Below are positions 42,890-53,247 of a stretch of DNA of 64,000 nt, piece after piece. The stretch comes from an uncultured Methanobrevibacter sp. Its GTDB lineage: Archaea; Methanobacteriota; Methanobacteria; Methanobacteriales; Methanobacteriaceae. The notes below the pieces were generated by a model that did no database searches, was not told the origin of the DNA, and worked only from the letters and a program-made list of their open reading frames with translations. A program made the translations under genes and the position numbers. The stretch is taken from assembly GCF_947170395.1 (NCBI RefSeq), contig NZ_CAMVTE010000007.1:4576-68575 (forward strand). Direction: 5' to 3'. How positions within the stretch are numbered: the first letter of the stretch is position 1; the number at the start of each line of letters is the position of its first letter.

Positions 42890-44599
42890 TTATTTTTCCA
42901 GATGGTATATGTGAACTTCTCCGTTTCGATATATCTCAACATACGGTTCGCCGATTGTCTTGTTGTCCTTGGCTATGAAATATTCCACATTGTTTTCAAG
43001 CATTTGGTCTGTGAAGTTTGTTTCATTGGATACCTTTTCATATGATGGAATCTGCATCTTCAGGATAAATGACATGTCTCCACCACGGTCTGCCCAGATT
43101 GTCTTGTTTGCATATTGGGGGTCGTATTGGCTGAGCCATTCTCCGACAGCCTTCTCCTCACTGGCCGCTGTCATGAAATTCGGATGCATCTGATTGTCAA
43201 ATGTGTGGGGTGAGTTTCCAAGGGCAAAAACGCCTGTACATAATAATATTGCACAAATCAGCGCTATCGGAGCGATAGTTTTGATTTTGTCCATGTATTT
43301 TACTTCCTTCAATCTCTCAAAAATCAGTGTCATTGACAGTATTATGAAGTATGCAACGACAGGAAGCATAGGCATGAAATATCTGTCCACCTTGATGTGG
43401 TAATATGTAAAGAATGAGAAATTGATTACAAACCAGCAAAGCATTACAAAATCAAAAGCCAGATGGTCCATTTTTGTCTTGTATAATAGCCTATATAATG
43501 CCAGCAGGGCTATTGAAATGATTATGATGGAATATATGATTGATATGCTTAGAAATGTTATTAGGTATATTGCCAGTCCTAGGACAAATATTGCCAGTTT
43601 CAGCTTTTTGTTTTCATTTTTCAATATTTCTCTGTTTTCGGCTGAGAAAAGCTTTTTGAGATACAGTATGAGTCCTGCAATTAAAATGACAATAAGAATA
43701 TATGAAACTATTGAAGGGTATCCTCCAATCCAGCTCATTGCTCCGATTTGAAATGCTCCGGGTTTCAGGGAATACGGAACGAAATTAGGTGTTCCAAGAT
43801 AAATCAAAAAGTTGTTTGTGTAATAGAACACGTTGTTGGTTGCAGCGCTGATGGCATTGTCGGTTGAGTTTGAGATGTATCCTCCCTGGACTATGAATGT
43901 CAAATCTATGTTGAGACTGAAGTATATTGCGATAAATGCTGCAAAAACCAATGCTCCGGCACCGATTCCGATAAAAATGTCTTTTATGTTTTGTCTGATG
44001 TATGCGATAGGGTCCTTTACCAGGAAAAATGGAATCAGCATTACCGGAATCATCAGCAGCGCTGTGTATCTTGTAAAGAATCCGAGAATTGCAAGGGGAA
44101 ATGCGATGTAGAGGAATTTGGTGTTCCTTTTGAATGACAATACTGTGAAATATATTGTCCAGATTGACAGGCACATTCCCGGAATGTCCAGCATTCCTTT
44201 TGTAACCCAGACGATTACCAACGGAAATGTTGAAAGAATCATTGAACCTGTAAAGCTTAAAACCTCATCAAAGCGGAGCCTTAAAAGCGCATACATTCCA
44301 AGGGCTGAAAATATATAAAATATGCTGCTTACAACGATTATTGTAGTGTCTGATATGAATCCCATTCTGAAAAATATCGATGTTATCATCGGAATGAGCG
44401 GGGACAGTCCTCTTGTATTTGCCAGTCCGGTATCGTATCCTGCATAAAACAGCGCATTGTTTAAATAGAAAAATACGTCCCGAACATAGTATACTCCGGC
44501 CCTGCCGTCAATGTTTAAAAGCAGCAGAGTAATTGCCGCAACAATCACAAGCAGTGATGATATTGCGATTATGTCCTTTTTATGTTCCTTGAAATTCAT
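42890..44599 (-). CDS. GT-C (family 39/PMT-like) membrane glycosyltransferase
   Basis: Polytopic; RDVFFY, LDIP, FFTRYT, KVDRYFMP. Confidence 0.78.
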   Translation of the reverse strand: MNFKEHKKDIIAISSLLVIVAAITLLLLNIDGRAGVYYVRDVFFYLNNALFYAGYDTGLANTRGLSPLIPMITSIFFRMGFISDTTIIVVSSIFYIFSALGMYALLRLRFDEVLSFTGSMILSTFPLVIVWVTKGMLDIPGMCLSIWTIYFTVLSFKRNTKFLYIAFPLAILGFFTRYTALLMIPVMLIPFFLVKDPIAYIRQNIKDIFIGIGAGALVFAAFIAIYFSLNIDLTFIVQGGYISNSTDNAISAATNNVFYYTNNFLIYLGTPNFVPYSLKPGAFQIGAMSWIGGYPSIVSYILIVILIAGLILYLKKLFSAENREILKNENKKLKLAIFVLGLAIYLITFLSISIIYSIIIISIALLALYRLLYKTKMDHLAFDFVMLCWFVINFSFFTYYHIKVDRYFMPMLPVVAYFIILSMTLIFERLKEVKYMDKIKTIAPIALICAILLCTGVFALGNSPHTFDNQMHPNFMTAASEEKAVGEWLSQYDPQYANKTIWADRGGDMSFILKMQIPSYEKVSNETNFTDQMLENNVEYFIAKDNKTIGEPYVEIYRNGEVHIYHLEK

Positions 44600-44609
44600 G
44601 GTTCTCCCT

Positions 44610-45452
44610 CTAAATCGATCCGAATACGAATGCGACAAACGCAATCAGCATTCCAATTTTCAGATACTTTGATACCTTTCCTGCAGTTTGCCTGTCCTGA
44701 TTTTTTCCAATAAGCAATGCTGAATACAGGAATAACAAAACGGCTATTGCAATAACAATCAGATAATAAAATCCGAATATGTGGTTGAAGTACAGGATAG
44801 GGCATAGTGTGCAGTCAATGATTATCAAAATGACTGCAAGTGCGGCGGTGATTTTTTCGCCGTATAAAATCGGAAGTGTCTTTGCACCCTCCGATTTGTC
44901 CCCTTCCATGTCTTCAATGTCCTTTACAAGTTCCCTGGCTGTTGTCATTACAAATGCGAAGAAACCCAAATACAGGGATGTAAGTATGATTGTAGGATTG
45001 TTAAGTGTAAATCCTCCGAATACAAATCCGAAGCCTGTCATGAATCCGACAGTGATGTTTCCAATAAGCGGCATTGTCTTCAGTTTGTATGCATATAGAT
45101 AAAGTATGACATCTGAGATTAAAACGATGATGAATGGAATCCAGTTGGATGTAATATAACTGATTAAAAACCCGCAGACTGTTCCAAGCAAAAAGAGAAG
45201 GTATCCGTAATTTCTTCCTGCATTTAGTGAAATCCTTCCGGATGGTATTGGCCTTTCCGGCTTGTTTATCAAATCGATGTTGTAGTCGAAATAGTCGTTA
45301 ATCACGTTTCCCGCAGCGGTTTCAAAAAACACTGCAAGCATTGCAAGAACTAACGGTATGGAAATGGTCTTGTCAATAATGGCTATTAGAATTATTGCTA
45401 TTGCTCCCATCAATGCATTTCCTGGCCTTAATATCTCTATATATGGATTCAT
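44610..45452 (-). CDS. UbiA-family digeranylgeranylglyceryl phosphate synthase
   Basis: NDYFDYNIDLINKPERPIPSG, RELVKDIEDMEGD. Confidence 0.9.
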   Translation of the reverse strand: MNPYIEILRPGNALMGAIAIILIAIIDKTISIPLVLAMLAVFFETAAGNVINDYFDYNIDLINKPERPIPSGRISLNAGRNYGYLLFLLGTVCGFLISYITSNWIPFIIVLISDVILYLYAYKLKTMPLIGNITVGFMTGFGFVFGGFTLNNPTIILTSLYLGFFAFVMTTARELVKDIEDMEGDKSEGAKTLPILYGEKITAALAVILIIIDCTLCPILYFNHIFGFYYLIVIAIAVLLFLYSALLIGKNQDRQTAGKVSKYLKIGMLIAFVAFVFGSI

Positions 45453-45575
45453 GTTATCTTCCTTTTATTCAGTTTAAATCTATTGATTAAAGCATACTTT
45501 TATATAGATTATTTCTATAACATAATATTAGTATCTTATTTAATAAAATTATTACTTAAATTAATTTATTAGCTG

Positions 45576-46679
45576 GTGTTAAATTTGGATAAAATTAAAA
45601 TCGCTATTGTTGGAATAGGTAACTGTGCAAGTTCACTTATTCAGGGAATTCATTATTATGATGGTAAAAAGCCGGAAGATTCAATAGGGCTCATGCACTG
45701 GGAAATTGGAGGATATGAACCTAGTGACATTGAAGTCGTTGCGGCTTTTGATGTGGATGCAAGAAAGGTTGGAAAAACCATTGATGAGGCAATTTTTGCA
45801 AAACCCAACTGTACAACAGTTTTCCAGAAAGACATTCCGAAATACGACGTAAAGGTCAGTATGGGTCATGTGTTGGATGGTGTTGCTGAGCACATGTCCA
45901 ATTATGATGATGAATACACATTTGTCGTAAGTGATGAGGAACCTGTTGATGTCGTTTCAGTACTGAAGCAAAGTGGTGCTGAAATTTTGGTGAACTACTT
46001 GCCTGTAGGTTCTGAAGAGGCTGCAAGATATTATGCGCAGTGCGCTCTTGATGCGGAAATAGCTTACGTTAACTGTATGCCTGTTTTCATTGTAAGCGAT
46101 GATGAATGGGATAAAAAGTTCAAGGCAAAAGGAATACCTATAGTTGGAGACGATATCAAAGCTCAAATTGGTGCTACAATTACTCACAGAACACTAGCTA
46201 GTTTATTCATGGATCGTGGTGTTAAACTCGACAGAACATATCAGATTAACACAGGCGGTAACACTGATTTTTTAAATATGCTCAACCGTGAAAGACTGGA
46301 CTCCAAAAAGGAATCAAAAACCGAAGCTGTTCAGTCAGTATTGGATGAAAGAATGGAAGACCGTGACATTCACATAGGTCCTAGTGATTATGTTCCATGG
46401 CAAAACGACAACAAGCTATGCTTCCTTAGGATGGAAGGGCGCACATTCGGTGATGTTCCTATGAACATAGAACTCAGATTGAGTGTGGAAGACTCTCCAA
46501 ACTCTGCAGGTTGTGTGATTGATGCTGTCAGATGCTGTAAATTAGGTCTAGAAAGAGGAATTGGTGGACAATTGACTTCTATTTCTTCATACACCATGAA
46601 ACATCCTCCGATTCAATACACAGACGATGAAGCATATGAAAATGTTGAAAAATTCATTTCCGGCGAGCTGGAAAGATAA
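45576..46679 (+). CDS. ino1: Inositol-3-phosphate synthase
   Basis: GIGNCASS, NYLPVGS, GDDIK, GGNTDFLNM, DSPNSAG. Confidence 0.93.
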   Translation: MLNLDKIKIAIVGIGNCASSLIQGIHYYDGKKPEDSIGLMHWEIGGYEPSDIEVVAAFDVDARKVGKTIDEAIFAKPNCTTVFQKDIPKYDVKVSMGHVLDGVAEHMSNYDDEYTFVVSDEEPVDVVSVLKQSGAEILVNYLPVGSEEAARYYAQCALDAEIAYVNCMPVFIVSDDEWDKKFKAKGIPIVGDDIKAQIGATITHRTLASLFMDRGVKLDRTYQINTGGNTDFLNMLNRERLDSKKESKTEAVQSVLDERMEDRDIHIGPSDYVPWQNDNKLCFLRMEGRTFGDVPMNIELRLSVEDSPNSAGCVIDAVRCCKLGLERGIGGQLTSISSYTMKHPPIQYTDDEAYENVEKFISGELER

Positions 46680-46822
46680 TTTTTCATATTCTTTTTTTTA
46701 TTTTTAACTTTTTTTCCGTTTAAAGTAATTTATATTATTAATTTATATATTACGAAAAACATATATTATAGTTGGATATTTTAACATTATTTATAACTAA
46801 ATTTTAAAAGAGGTGTAATTTA

Positions 46823-48532
46823 ATGGCAAAAGTAAGATTTACAGAAACAGCACTTCGTGATGCTCACCAATCCTTGCTTGCAACCAGGATGAGAACAAGA
46901 GATATGATTCCTATTGCAGAAGAGATGGACAATGTCGGATACTTCTCTGTTGAAGCTTGGGGTGGAGCTACTTTTGATACCTGCATTAGATACTTGAACG
47001 AAGACCCGTGGGAAAGATTAAGACAATTGAAATCTGAATTCAACAAGACTCCTATTCAAATGCTTTTGAGAGGGCAGAATTTAGTAGGTTATAAGCATTA
47101 TCCTGATGATATTGTCACCAAATTTGTGGAAAAGTCTTATGAAAACGGTGTTGATATCTTCAGAATTTTTGATGCCTTAAACGATGTAAGGAACATGGAA
47201 AAGGCAATCAAAGTGGCTAAAGACCAGGGAGCACATGTACAGGGTACCATCAGTTATACTATAAGTCCTGTTCACACATTGGACGGTTTCGTAGAGCTTG
47301 CAAAAGACCTTGAAGCTCTTGACTGTGATTCTGTAGCCATCAAGGACATGGCCGGATTAATTACTCCTAAGGCTGCTTATGAATTGGTTTCTGCATTAAA
47401 AGAGGAAACCGATTTGCTTGTTGACTTGCACTGTCACTGTACCAGCGGTATGACTCCAATCAGTTATTATGCTGCCTGTCAGGCCGGTGTTGACATTTTG
47501 GACACTGCAATATCTCCGCTTTCATGGGGAACAAGCCAACCACCAACAGAAAGTATGGTTGCAGCCCTTCAAGGCACAGAATTCGATACAGGCCTTGATT
47601 TAAAATTACTCACTCACATCAAAAAATACTTTGACGACATCAAGGAAAAATACCTTGGCATTCTGGATCCTATCTCTGAAAGTATCGATGCTGATGTACT
47701 GTTATACCAGATTCCTGGAGGAATGCTTTCAAACCTCATATCCCAGCTCAAGGAACAAAACGCAATCGACAGATATGATGACGTTTTAGAGGAAATGCCT
47801 CGTGTAAGAAAGGATATGGGATATCCGCCTTTAGTAACTCCTACAAGTCAGATTGTAGGTATCCAATCAGTTATGAACGTATTGGGCGGTGAAAGATACA
47901 AAACAGTATCCAAAGAGGTCAAGGAATACATGAAAGGAATGTACGGTAAAACCCCTGCTCCTGTAAATGATGAAATTTCCAAAAAAATCATCGGAGACGA
48001 AGAGGTCATTACCTGCAGGCCTGCCGATCTCCTCGAGCCTGAATTCGACAAATTCAAAGCAGATGGTGAAGAGCAAGGATTCATAGAATCCGATGAGGAT
48101 GTGCTGACCTATGCGTTATATCCTCAGGTCGCTCCAAGATTCCTCAAAGGCGAAGCCGAAGAAGAAGAGCTCCTGCCTCCTCACACACTTTCAGATGAGG
48201 GAATTGAAATTCCAACAGAATACAACGTCGAAGTCGATGGAGATATCTTTGAAGTCAAAATCATGCCTACCGGATTCATGGACGTCACTGAAGGCAGCCA
48301 AAGGCCGGTCGGAAACGTTGAAGGTGGTGTAATATCTTCAATGCAGGGTATGATCATCAAGCTCAATGTAAATGTTGGAGACAAAGTTGAAAAAGGCGAT
48401 AACATCGGTGTAATCGAAGCAATGAAGATGGAAAACGACATCCAATCAGAATTTGAAGGTACTGTCGAGGAAATCTTCGTTGAACCTGGTGATGCCGTAA
48501 GTATCGGCGATATTTTAATGGTTATCAAATAG
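46823..48532 (+). CDS. pycB: Pyruvate carboxylase subunit B
   Basis: RDAHQSL, WGGATFD, LLRGQN, IKDMAG, biotinyl EAMKM. Confidence 0.93.
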   Translation: MAKVRFTETALRDAHQSLLATRMRTRDMIPIAEEMDNVGYFSVEAWGGATFDTCIRYLNEDPWERLRQLKSEFNKTPIQMLLRGQNLVGYKHYPDDIVTKFVEKSYENGVDIFRIFDALNDVRNMEKAIKVAKDQGAHVQGTISYTISPVHTLDGFVELAKDLEALDCDSVAIKDMAGLITPKAAYELVSALKEETDLLVDLHCHCTSGMTPISYYAACQAGVDILDTAISPLSWGTSQPPTESMVAALQGTEFDTGLDLKLLTHIKKYFDDIKEKYLGILDPISESIDADVLLYQIPGGMLSNLISQLKEQNAIDRYDDVLEEMPRVRKDMGYPPLVTPTSQIVGIQSVMNVLGGERYKTVSKEVKEYMKGMYGKTPAPVNDEISKKIIGDEEVITCRPADLLEPEFDKFKADGEEQGFIESDEDVLTYALYPQVAPRFLKGEAEEEELLPPHTLSDEGIEIPTEYNVEVDGDIFEVKIMPTGFMDVTEGSQRPVGNVEGGVISSMQGMIIKLNVNVGDKVEKGDNIGVIEAMKMENDIQSEFEGTVEEIFVEPGDAVSIGDILMVIK

Positions 48533-48565
48533 ATAACCTCATATTTTCTTTTTTTGGATGATATC

Positions 48566-49564
48566 ATGAAGGATATTTTTGATGAATGCCAATTCGGCGA
48601 TTTGAAACTCAATGGGCGTATTGTAAGAACAGGAACCTGGGAGACAGAAACCGAAGAGGGCGGATTTTTGACACCTGCAATTTATGACAGATACGAAAGG
48701 ATTGCAAGCAGCGGAACAGGTCTGATAGTTTCTGAAATATTTGCCCTTGACCATAAGGACAGGTTCTTTGAATATTCAACAAATCTGAATTACAGAGGAT
48801 TCATCAAGGACTATCAGATGGTTACAGATATTGTCCACAAATACGGAGTTCCTATTTTGGGCCAGCTGGCATTTTTCTATTACGATGACGGTGAAAATCA
48901 GAAGGTGGAAGCCAATGACATTACCGAAGAGGGCATCAGAAAACTACAGGCTGAAGTGATAATGGCGGCCAAGAAATTCTCATTTGCAGGCTTTGACGGC
49001 ATTCAAATCAATATGGGGAATAACTTTTATCTTTCACGATTCATGAATCCCTACTTCAACCAGAGAACCGACAAATATGGTGGAAACACCGAAAACAGGG
49101 TAAGGATTTCTTCTGAAATAATCAAGGTCATCAAAAAGACCATGGACATGCATGTAAGCTGCAGAATCAATCCGTGGGATGTTAGAAAAGGAGGGGTGAC
49201 CTCTGAGGAAAGCATTGCAATTGCAAGGGAGCTTGAAAAGGCAGGTGCAGATAGCATTCAACTGACTGCAAGAACCATTTCCCAAATCTATGACAAGGGC
49301 GTAAAGCATCCGTTTTTGGTTTATGTTGACGAGCTGATTGATGCGGTTGACATTCCTGTGGTGTTGGGCGGATCTCTAAGGGATATGAAAACAATCAATG
49401 AGGTTTTAAACAGTACTCAAGTTGAATTTGTTTCTATGTCCAAACCATTTGTGGCCCAGGCTGACTTTTTAGCGGATTGGAAGGCAAACGGTGAAGGTGT
49501 GGCTATTTGTCAAAGTTGCAATAATTGTTATAGCAAAAAGAAGAGCACTTGTTTTAAATACTAA
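48566..49564 (+). CDS. NADH:flavin oxidoreductase (OYE-like)
   Basis: AGFDGIQI, NQRTDKYGG..ENR, C-terminal CQSCNNC. Confidence 0.8.
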   Translation: MKDIFDECQFGDLKLNGRIVRTGTWETETEEGGFLTPAIYDRYERIASSGTGLIVSEIFALDHKDRFFEYSTNLNYRGFIKDYQMVTDIVHKYGVPILGQLAFFYYDDGENQKVEANDITEEGIRKLQAEVIMAAKKFSFAGFDGIQINMGNNFYLSRFMNPYFNQRTDKYGGNTENRVRISSEIIKVIKKTMDMHVSCRINPWDVRKGGVTSEESIAIARELEKAGADSIQLTARTISQIYDKGVKHPFLVYVDELIDAVDIPVVLGGSLRDMKTINEVLNSTQVEFVSMSKPFVAQADFLADWKANGEGVAICQSCNNCYSKKKSTCFKY

Positions 49565-49726
49565 AATAAGATTTTTACTTTTATTTTATTAATTTCGATT
49601 TATTTTTTTTTGATTATGATATTTAAGTATTTTGGAAGTGTGATTTTGTGTAGTTGTGCACTTTCAAAGTATTTATTATTGATGAAGTTGATAGTAGTTA
49701 TTAACTGATAATCGTTGGTGATTATA

Positions 49727-50032
49727 ATGAACAATAGAATTGAAATTGCTTATGAGTTCGCAAATGAGATTAATTCCGATGATATTATTAAAATCATATT
49801 ATATGGTTCTGTTGCTCGTGGTGATGATACAGAAGAATCAGACATAGATATTTTAATCATTTCAGACTATGAAAGCAAAATTGAACCAAAAATATCTAAT
49901 GAAGTATTTAATATAATTGCCAATTATAATGAGTATATTTCTGCTCAAATTATTTCTGAAGAAATTTTCAATCAAACAAAACATTTCTCTTTTTTAACTA
50001 ATGTCATGAAGGAAGGTGTTTTAATTGGATGA
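49727..50032 (+). CDS. Minimal nucleotidyltransferase (MNT) antitoxin
   Basis: LYGSVARGD..ESDIDI. Confidence 0.88.
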   Translation: MNNRIEIAYEFANEINSDDIIKIILYGSVARGDDTEESDIDILIISDYESKIEPKISNEVFNIIANYNEYISAQIISEEIFNQTKHFSFLTNVMKEGVLIG

Positions 50033-50393
50033 AACAGAAGAATTTCTTAAAAAAGCTAATACAAAACTAGTCGCCAGTAAAATTTTATTTGAATCTGAAG
50101 ATTATTCCGACTCTGTTAGTTTATCATATTATTCAATGTTTTTAATGGCTAAAATTCTTTTAATTAAAAAAGGTTTTTATCCTAAAACTCATTCTGGAAT
50201 GATTAACACATTTTATAATGAATATGTGGGTAATGGGGATTTTGATGAAGAAATATTTAAAAATTTTGCTAGAACACAATCTTTAAGAGAAAAATCTGAT
50301 TATTCTGCTTTTGATGGGATAACTGAGGAAATAGCTAATGATAAAATTATTCAAGCAGAAGAGTTTATAGCTGAAGCTCAAAAATTTTTATAA
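50025..50393 (+). CDS. HEPN domain protein
   Basis: YYSMF, PKTHSG, LREKSDY; overlaps the MNT gene. Confidence 0.85.
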   Translation: MDETEEFLKKANTKLVASKILFESEDYSDSVSLSYYSMFLMAKILLIKKGFYPKTHSGMINTFYNEYVGNGDFDEEIFKNFARTQSLREKSDYSAFDGITEEIANDKIIQAEEFIAEAQKFL

Positions 50394-50521
50394 AGTATTT
50401 TTTTTAAATTTAATCTATTCTGTAATATGATTAGCTAAATAGTTATTACATTTGTTTAAAATACTATTCAGTTCTAACAAGTGTTTGTTTTAAGCATGAC
50501 CCTTGCGTTCCTTTTTGATGT

Positions 50522-51007
50522 TCAGTATCTTGACCACTGGTATGCAATTCGGGGCGATTTTCTCACATGGATTATTCCACATTTCTTAAAACCGTTCTTT
50601 TCAATTTGTTTTTGCATGATTAAATTGTCTTTGTGGGTGTCTATTCTGATATTGTTTGATACGGTTTTGCAGTAATCTATCGCACACTTAAAAATGCCGT
50701 GCACTTTCCCGTCGCTTGCTATTCTGTGCACGGTTACATAGGCTTCATCATTAAGCCATTGGCCATTTTCTATATGTTGGTAGGAAGGTTCAATAGTGTC
50801 AAAAAGGGCAAATACTCCATGAATGCCATCATCATCAAAAATCAGGTAACAGGCCTGGTTTGTGATGTCGTCTGTGATTAAATCTTTGCCGGGATATGAG
50901 CGTCCCCACTGGTTGGGATTGCCCGATGCAATCATAAAATCCTGTGCTGTTCGATAAATCTCCATTATCGCAGTTATGTCCTCATGTTTTGCTTTTCTGA
51001 TGTGCAT
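50522..51007 (-). CDS. GNAT family acetyltransferase
   Basis: QW..YP, VHRIAS, RIDTHKDN..MQ..IEKNGF. Confidence 0.85.
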   Translation of the reverse strand: MHIRKAKHEDITAIMEIYRTAQDFMIASGNPNQWGRSYPGKDLITDDITNQACYLIFDDDGIHGVFALFDTIEPSYQHIENGQWLNDEAYVTVHRIASDGKVHGIFKCAIDYCKTVSNNIRIDTHKDNLIMQKQIEKNGFKKCGIIHVRKSPRIAYQWSRY

Positions 51008-51251
51008 GATTATTATATGGTTTGAACATGGTTTTTAATGTTTTTATCTACGTTCATAGTGGAATCCTTTTTCATTAAATTGGTACTAGAATATTTCTTT
51101 TTTAATTGAATTTCCAACCAATTAAATTAATACTTGATTCAGTTCACACTAATTTTATTAACTCTATTTTTAACTTGCTGGCTTCTATTAGATTTGTTGA
51201 CTTTTTTCAAATGCATCATCTATATTAAAAACTTCCAATATATAATTATAC

Positions 51252-52262
51252 ATGGCAAAAGATGACAGAAGCAGTGTCAATCCGTTTACGGGCAGGTCCC
51301 ATTTTGACATAATAAACGACGATGATTTTTTAAGGGATTCATACAATGAATACTATTCCATCATAAACAGATCACAACTTCTCGATGACACTCCAAACGG
51401 GCAACTGGTCAGAAATGTTGCAATCAGACTGATTCAGGCAGTGGAAAACCACCTGGCAAAAATCGGAAGAAGCGATTATACCGAGGATTACTATGACTGG
51501 GATTTCCATCTTGTTGCAGACGATACTGTAAATGCTTTCTGCATGCCTGGAGGCAAAATAGTGATGTTTTCAGGAATTCTTTCTGTTGCAAATACAGAAG
51601 AGAAGGTGGCTTTCATATTGGGCCATGAAATGGCACATGCCCTTCTTGACCACTCAAGAACCCAAATAAGCGCCCAAAACGCTCAAAACGCTATCACTTC
51701 CGCAGCATGGTTTGGAAGCTTTGCCCTGGATTTGGTCGGTCTTGGGGGTATCGGGGATTTGACAAGGGCAGCTACCAATGTTGCAAGTATTGGATCTCAA
51801 TTTTTCCTTTTAAATCCGTGGGGAAGAGACCAGGAGATGGAAGCCGACAGGCTTGGAATGATGATTATCCACTGGGCGGGATATGACATATCGCCGATTC
51901 CTGCATTCTGGCAGGCAATGGCCGGAGGAAATCCGAACGACCATGACTTCTTTTCAACCCACCCGTCAGACACCAAGAGAATCGAAGCTATGAAACAGCT
52001 TATTGTGGAAATCGAAAATGAAAAGGACTTTTACTCAGCTCCCGTTTTGGCCGACTCTTCAAAGCCGACCTCCCAAAGCCGGAGTGTTGTGGGTGAAAAT
52101 GTGGTCAAATACTGTCCGAACTGTGGGGCTAAGGCGGATATTGATGCTAAATTCTGCACTTCTTGCGGATCCAAGTTCGATGATGAGCTGAAATGCGCAA
52201 ATTGCGGAGCCCAAATATTTGAGGGTGATGTTTTCTGCACCAATTGCGGATGCAAACTTTAG
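51252..52262 (+). CDS. M48 zinc metallopeptidase with C-terminal double zinc ribbon
   Basis: NAFCMPGG, GHEMAH, EMEAD, STHP; four CxxC. Confidence 0.88.
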   Translation: MAKDDRSSVNPFTGRSHFDIINDDDFLRDSYNEYYSIINRSQLLDDTPNGQLVRNVAIRLIQAVENHLAKIGRSDYTEDYYDWDFHLVADDTVNAFCMPGGKIVMFSGILSVANTEEKVAFILGHEMAHALLDHSRTQISAQNAQNAITSAAWFGSFALDLVGLGGIGDLTRAATNVASIGSQFFLLNPWGRDQEMEADRLGMMIIHWAGYDISPIPAFWQAMAGGNPNDHDFFSTHPSDTKRIEAMKQLIVEIENEKDFYSAPVLADSSKPTSQSRSVVGENVVKYCPNCGAKADIDAKFCTSCGSKFDDELKCANCGAQIFEGDVFCTNCGCKL

Positions 52263-52273
52263 GGGGTATTAAT

Positions 52274-52528
52274 GTGGATTTGGAAGAAACGGTAAAATTC
52301 ATCAACAGATCATCTTACAGGTTAAAAATCGTAAAATCAATAGGCACTGGAGTCAAAATGCCGAAGACAATATCTATTGAAACAGGACTTCTTTTAAATC
52401 ATGTGTCATATTCATTAAAGCTTTTGAGAAAGAAAGGCATTGTCGTGTGTCTTAATCCTGATGCCTATAAGGGACGTCTTTACAAGCTTACGGACATGGG
52501 TTTGAAGTCTTTGAAGTGTCTCAAATAA
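52274..52528 (+). CDS. Winged-helix transcriptional regulator
   Basis: SSYR, HVSYSLKLL, GRLYKLTDMG; GTG start after GGGGG. Confidence 0.75.
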   Translation: MDLEETVKFINRSSYRLKIVKSIGTGVKMPKTISIETGLLLNHVSYSLKLLRKKGIVVCLNPDAYKGRLYKLTDMGLKSLKCLK

Positions 52529-52632
52529 CTTTTTTTGGAAAACTTTATATATTTCCTATTGATAATATAATGTGTGTAAGTTATTAACAACCTATTAACA
52601 TTATATTAATTAATTTCAGGGAGTGATAATCG

Positions 52633-53247
52633 ATGGTTAAAATAACACATTGCATGCAGGATTTGGATTTGATATTTCTGATTGACAAAAGCGGTTCAAT
52701 GTATGGCTCTGAAGAGGATACAATGGGTGGATTCAATGCATTCATCCAAAAGGAACGTGCAAAGGATTTCAACACAAAAGTAACCACAATCCTTTTTGAC
52801 AATGAATATGATGTATTGTACAAAAGAAAACCGATTTGTGATGTTGGTGATTTGACCAGAAACGAATATCAGGTCAGAGGTTCAACCGCACTTCTCGATG
52901 CAATCGGAAGGACAGTTGTAAGTCTTGAAGGCGAAATTGACAATAAGGTGCTCTTTGTCATAATAACCGACGGTATGGAGAATTCCTCACGCGAATTTTC
53001 AAAATCCCAAATCAGAAAAATGATTGACTCTCATAAATGGGAATTCATTTTCCTTGGTGCTGACATTGATTCATATTCCGAGGCAAGCAATATCGGCATT
53101 AGAAAATCCAGAACGGCCAATTATGTAAAATCAAGAGAAGGCTTTAAAAGGGCATTTGATTCCATTGAAAATGTAACCTACTGCATGAGAAACGATGTTG
53201 ATTTGGATAATGCAAATTGGAAACGTGATTTGGAGGAATATGATTAG
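52633..53247 (+). CDS. von Willebrand factor A domain protein
   Basis: MIDAS DKSGSM, GSTALLDA, ITDGMEN. Confidence 0.88.
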   Translation: MVKITHCMQDLDLIFLIDKSGSMYGSEEDTMGGFNAFIQKERAKDFNTKVTTILFDNEYDVLYKRKPICDVGDLTRNEYQVRGSTALLDAIGRTVVSLEGEIDNKVLFVIITDGMENSSREFSKSQIRKMIDSHKWEFIFLGADIDSYSEASNIGIRKSRTANYVKSREGFKRAFDSIENVTYCMRNDVDLDNANWKRDLEEYD

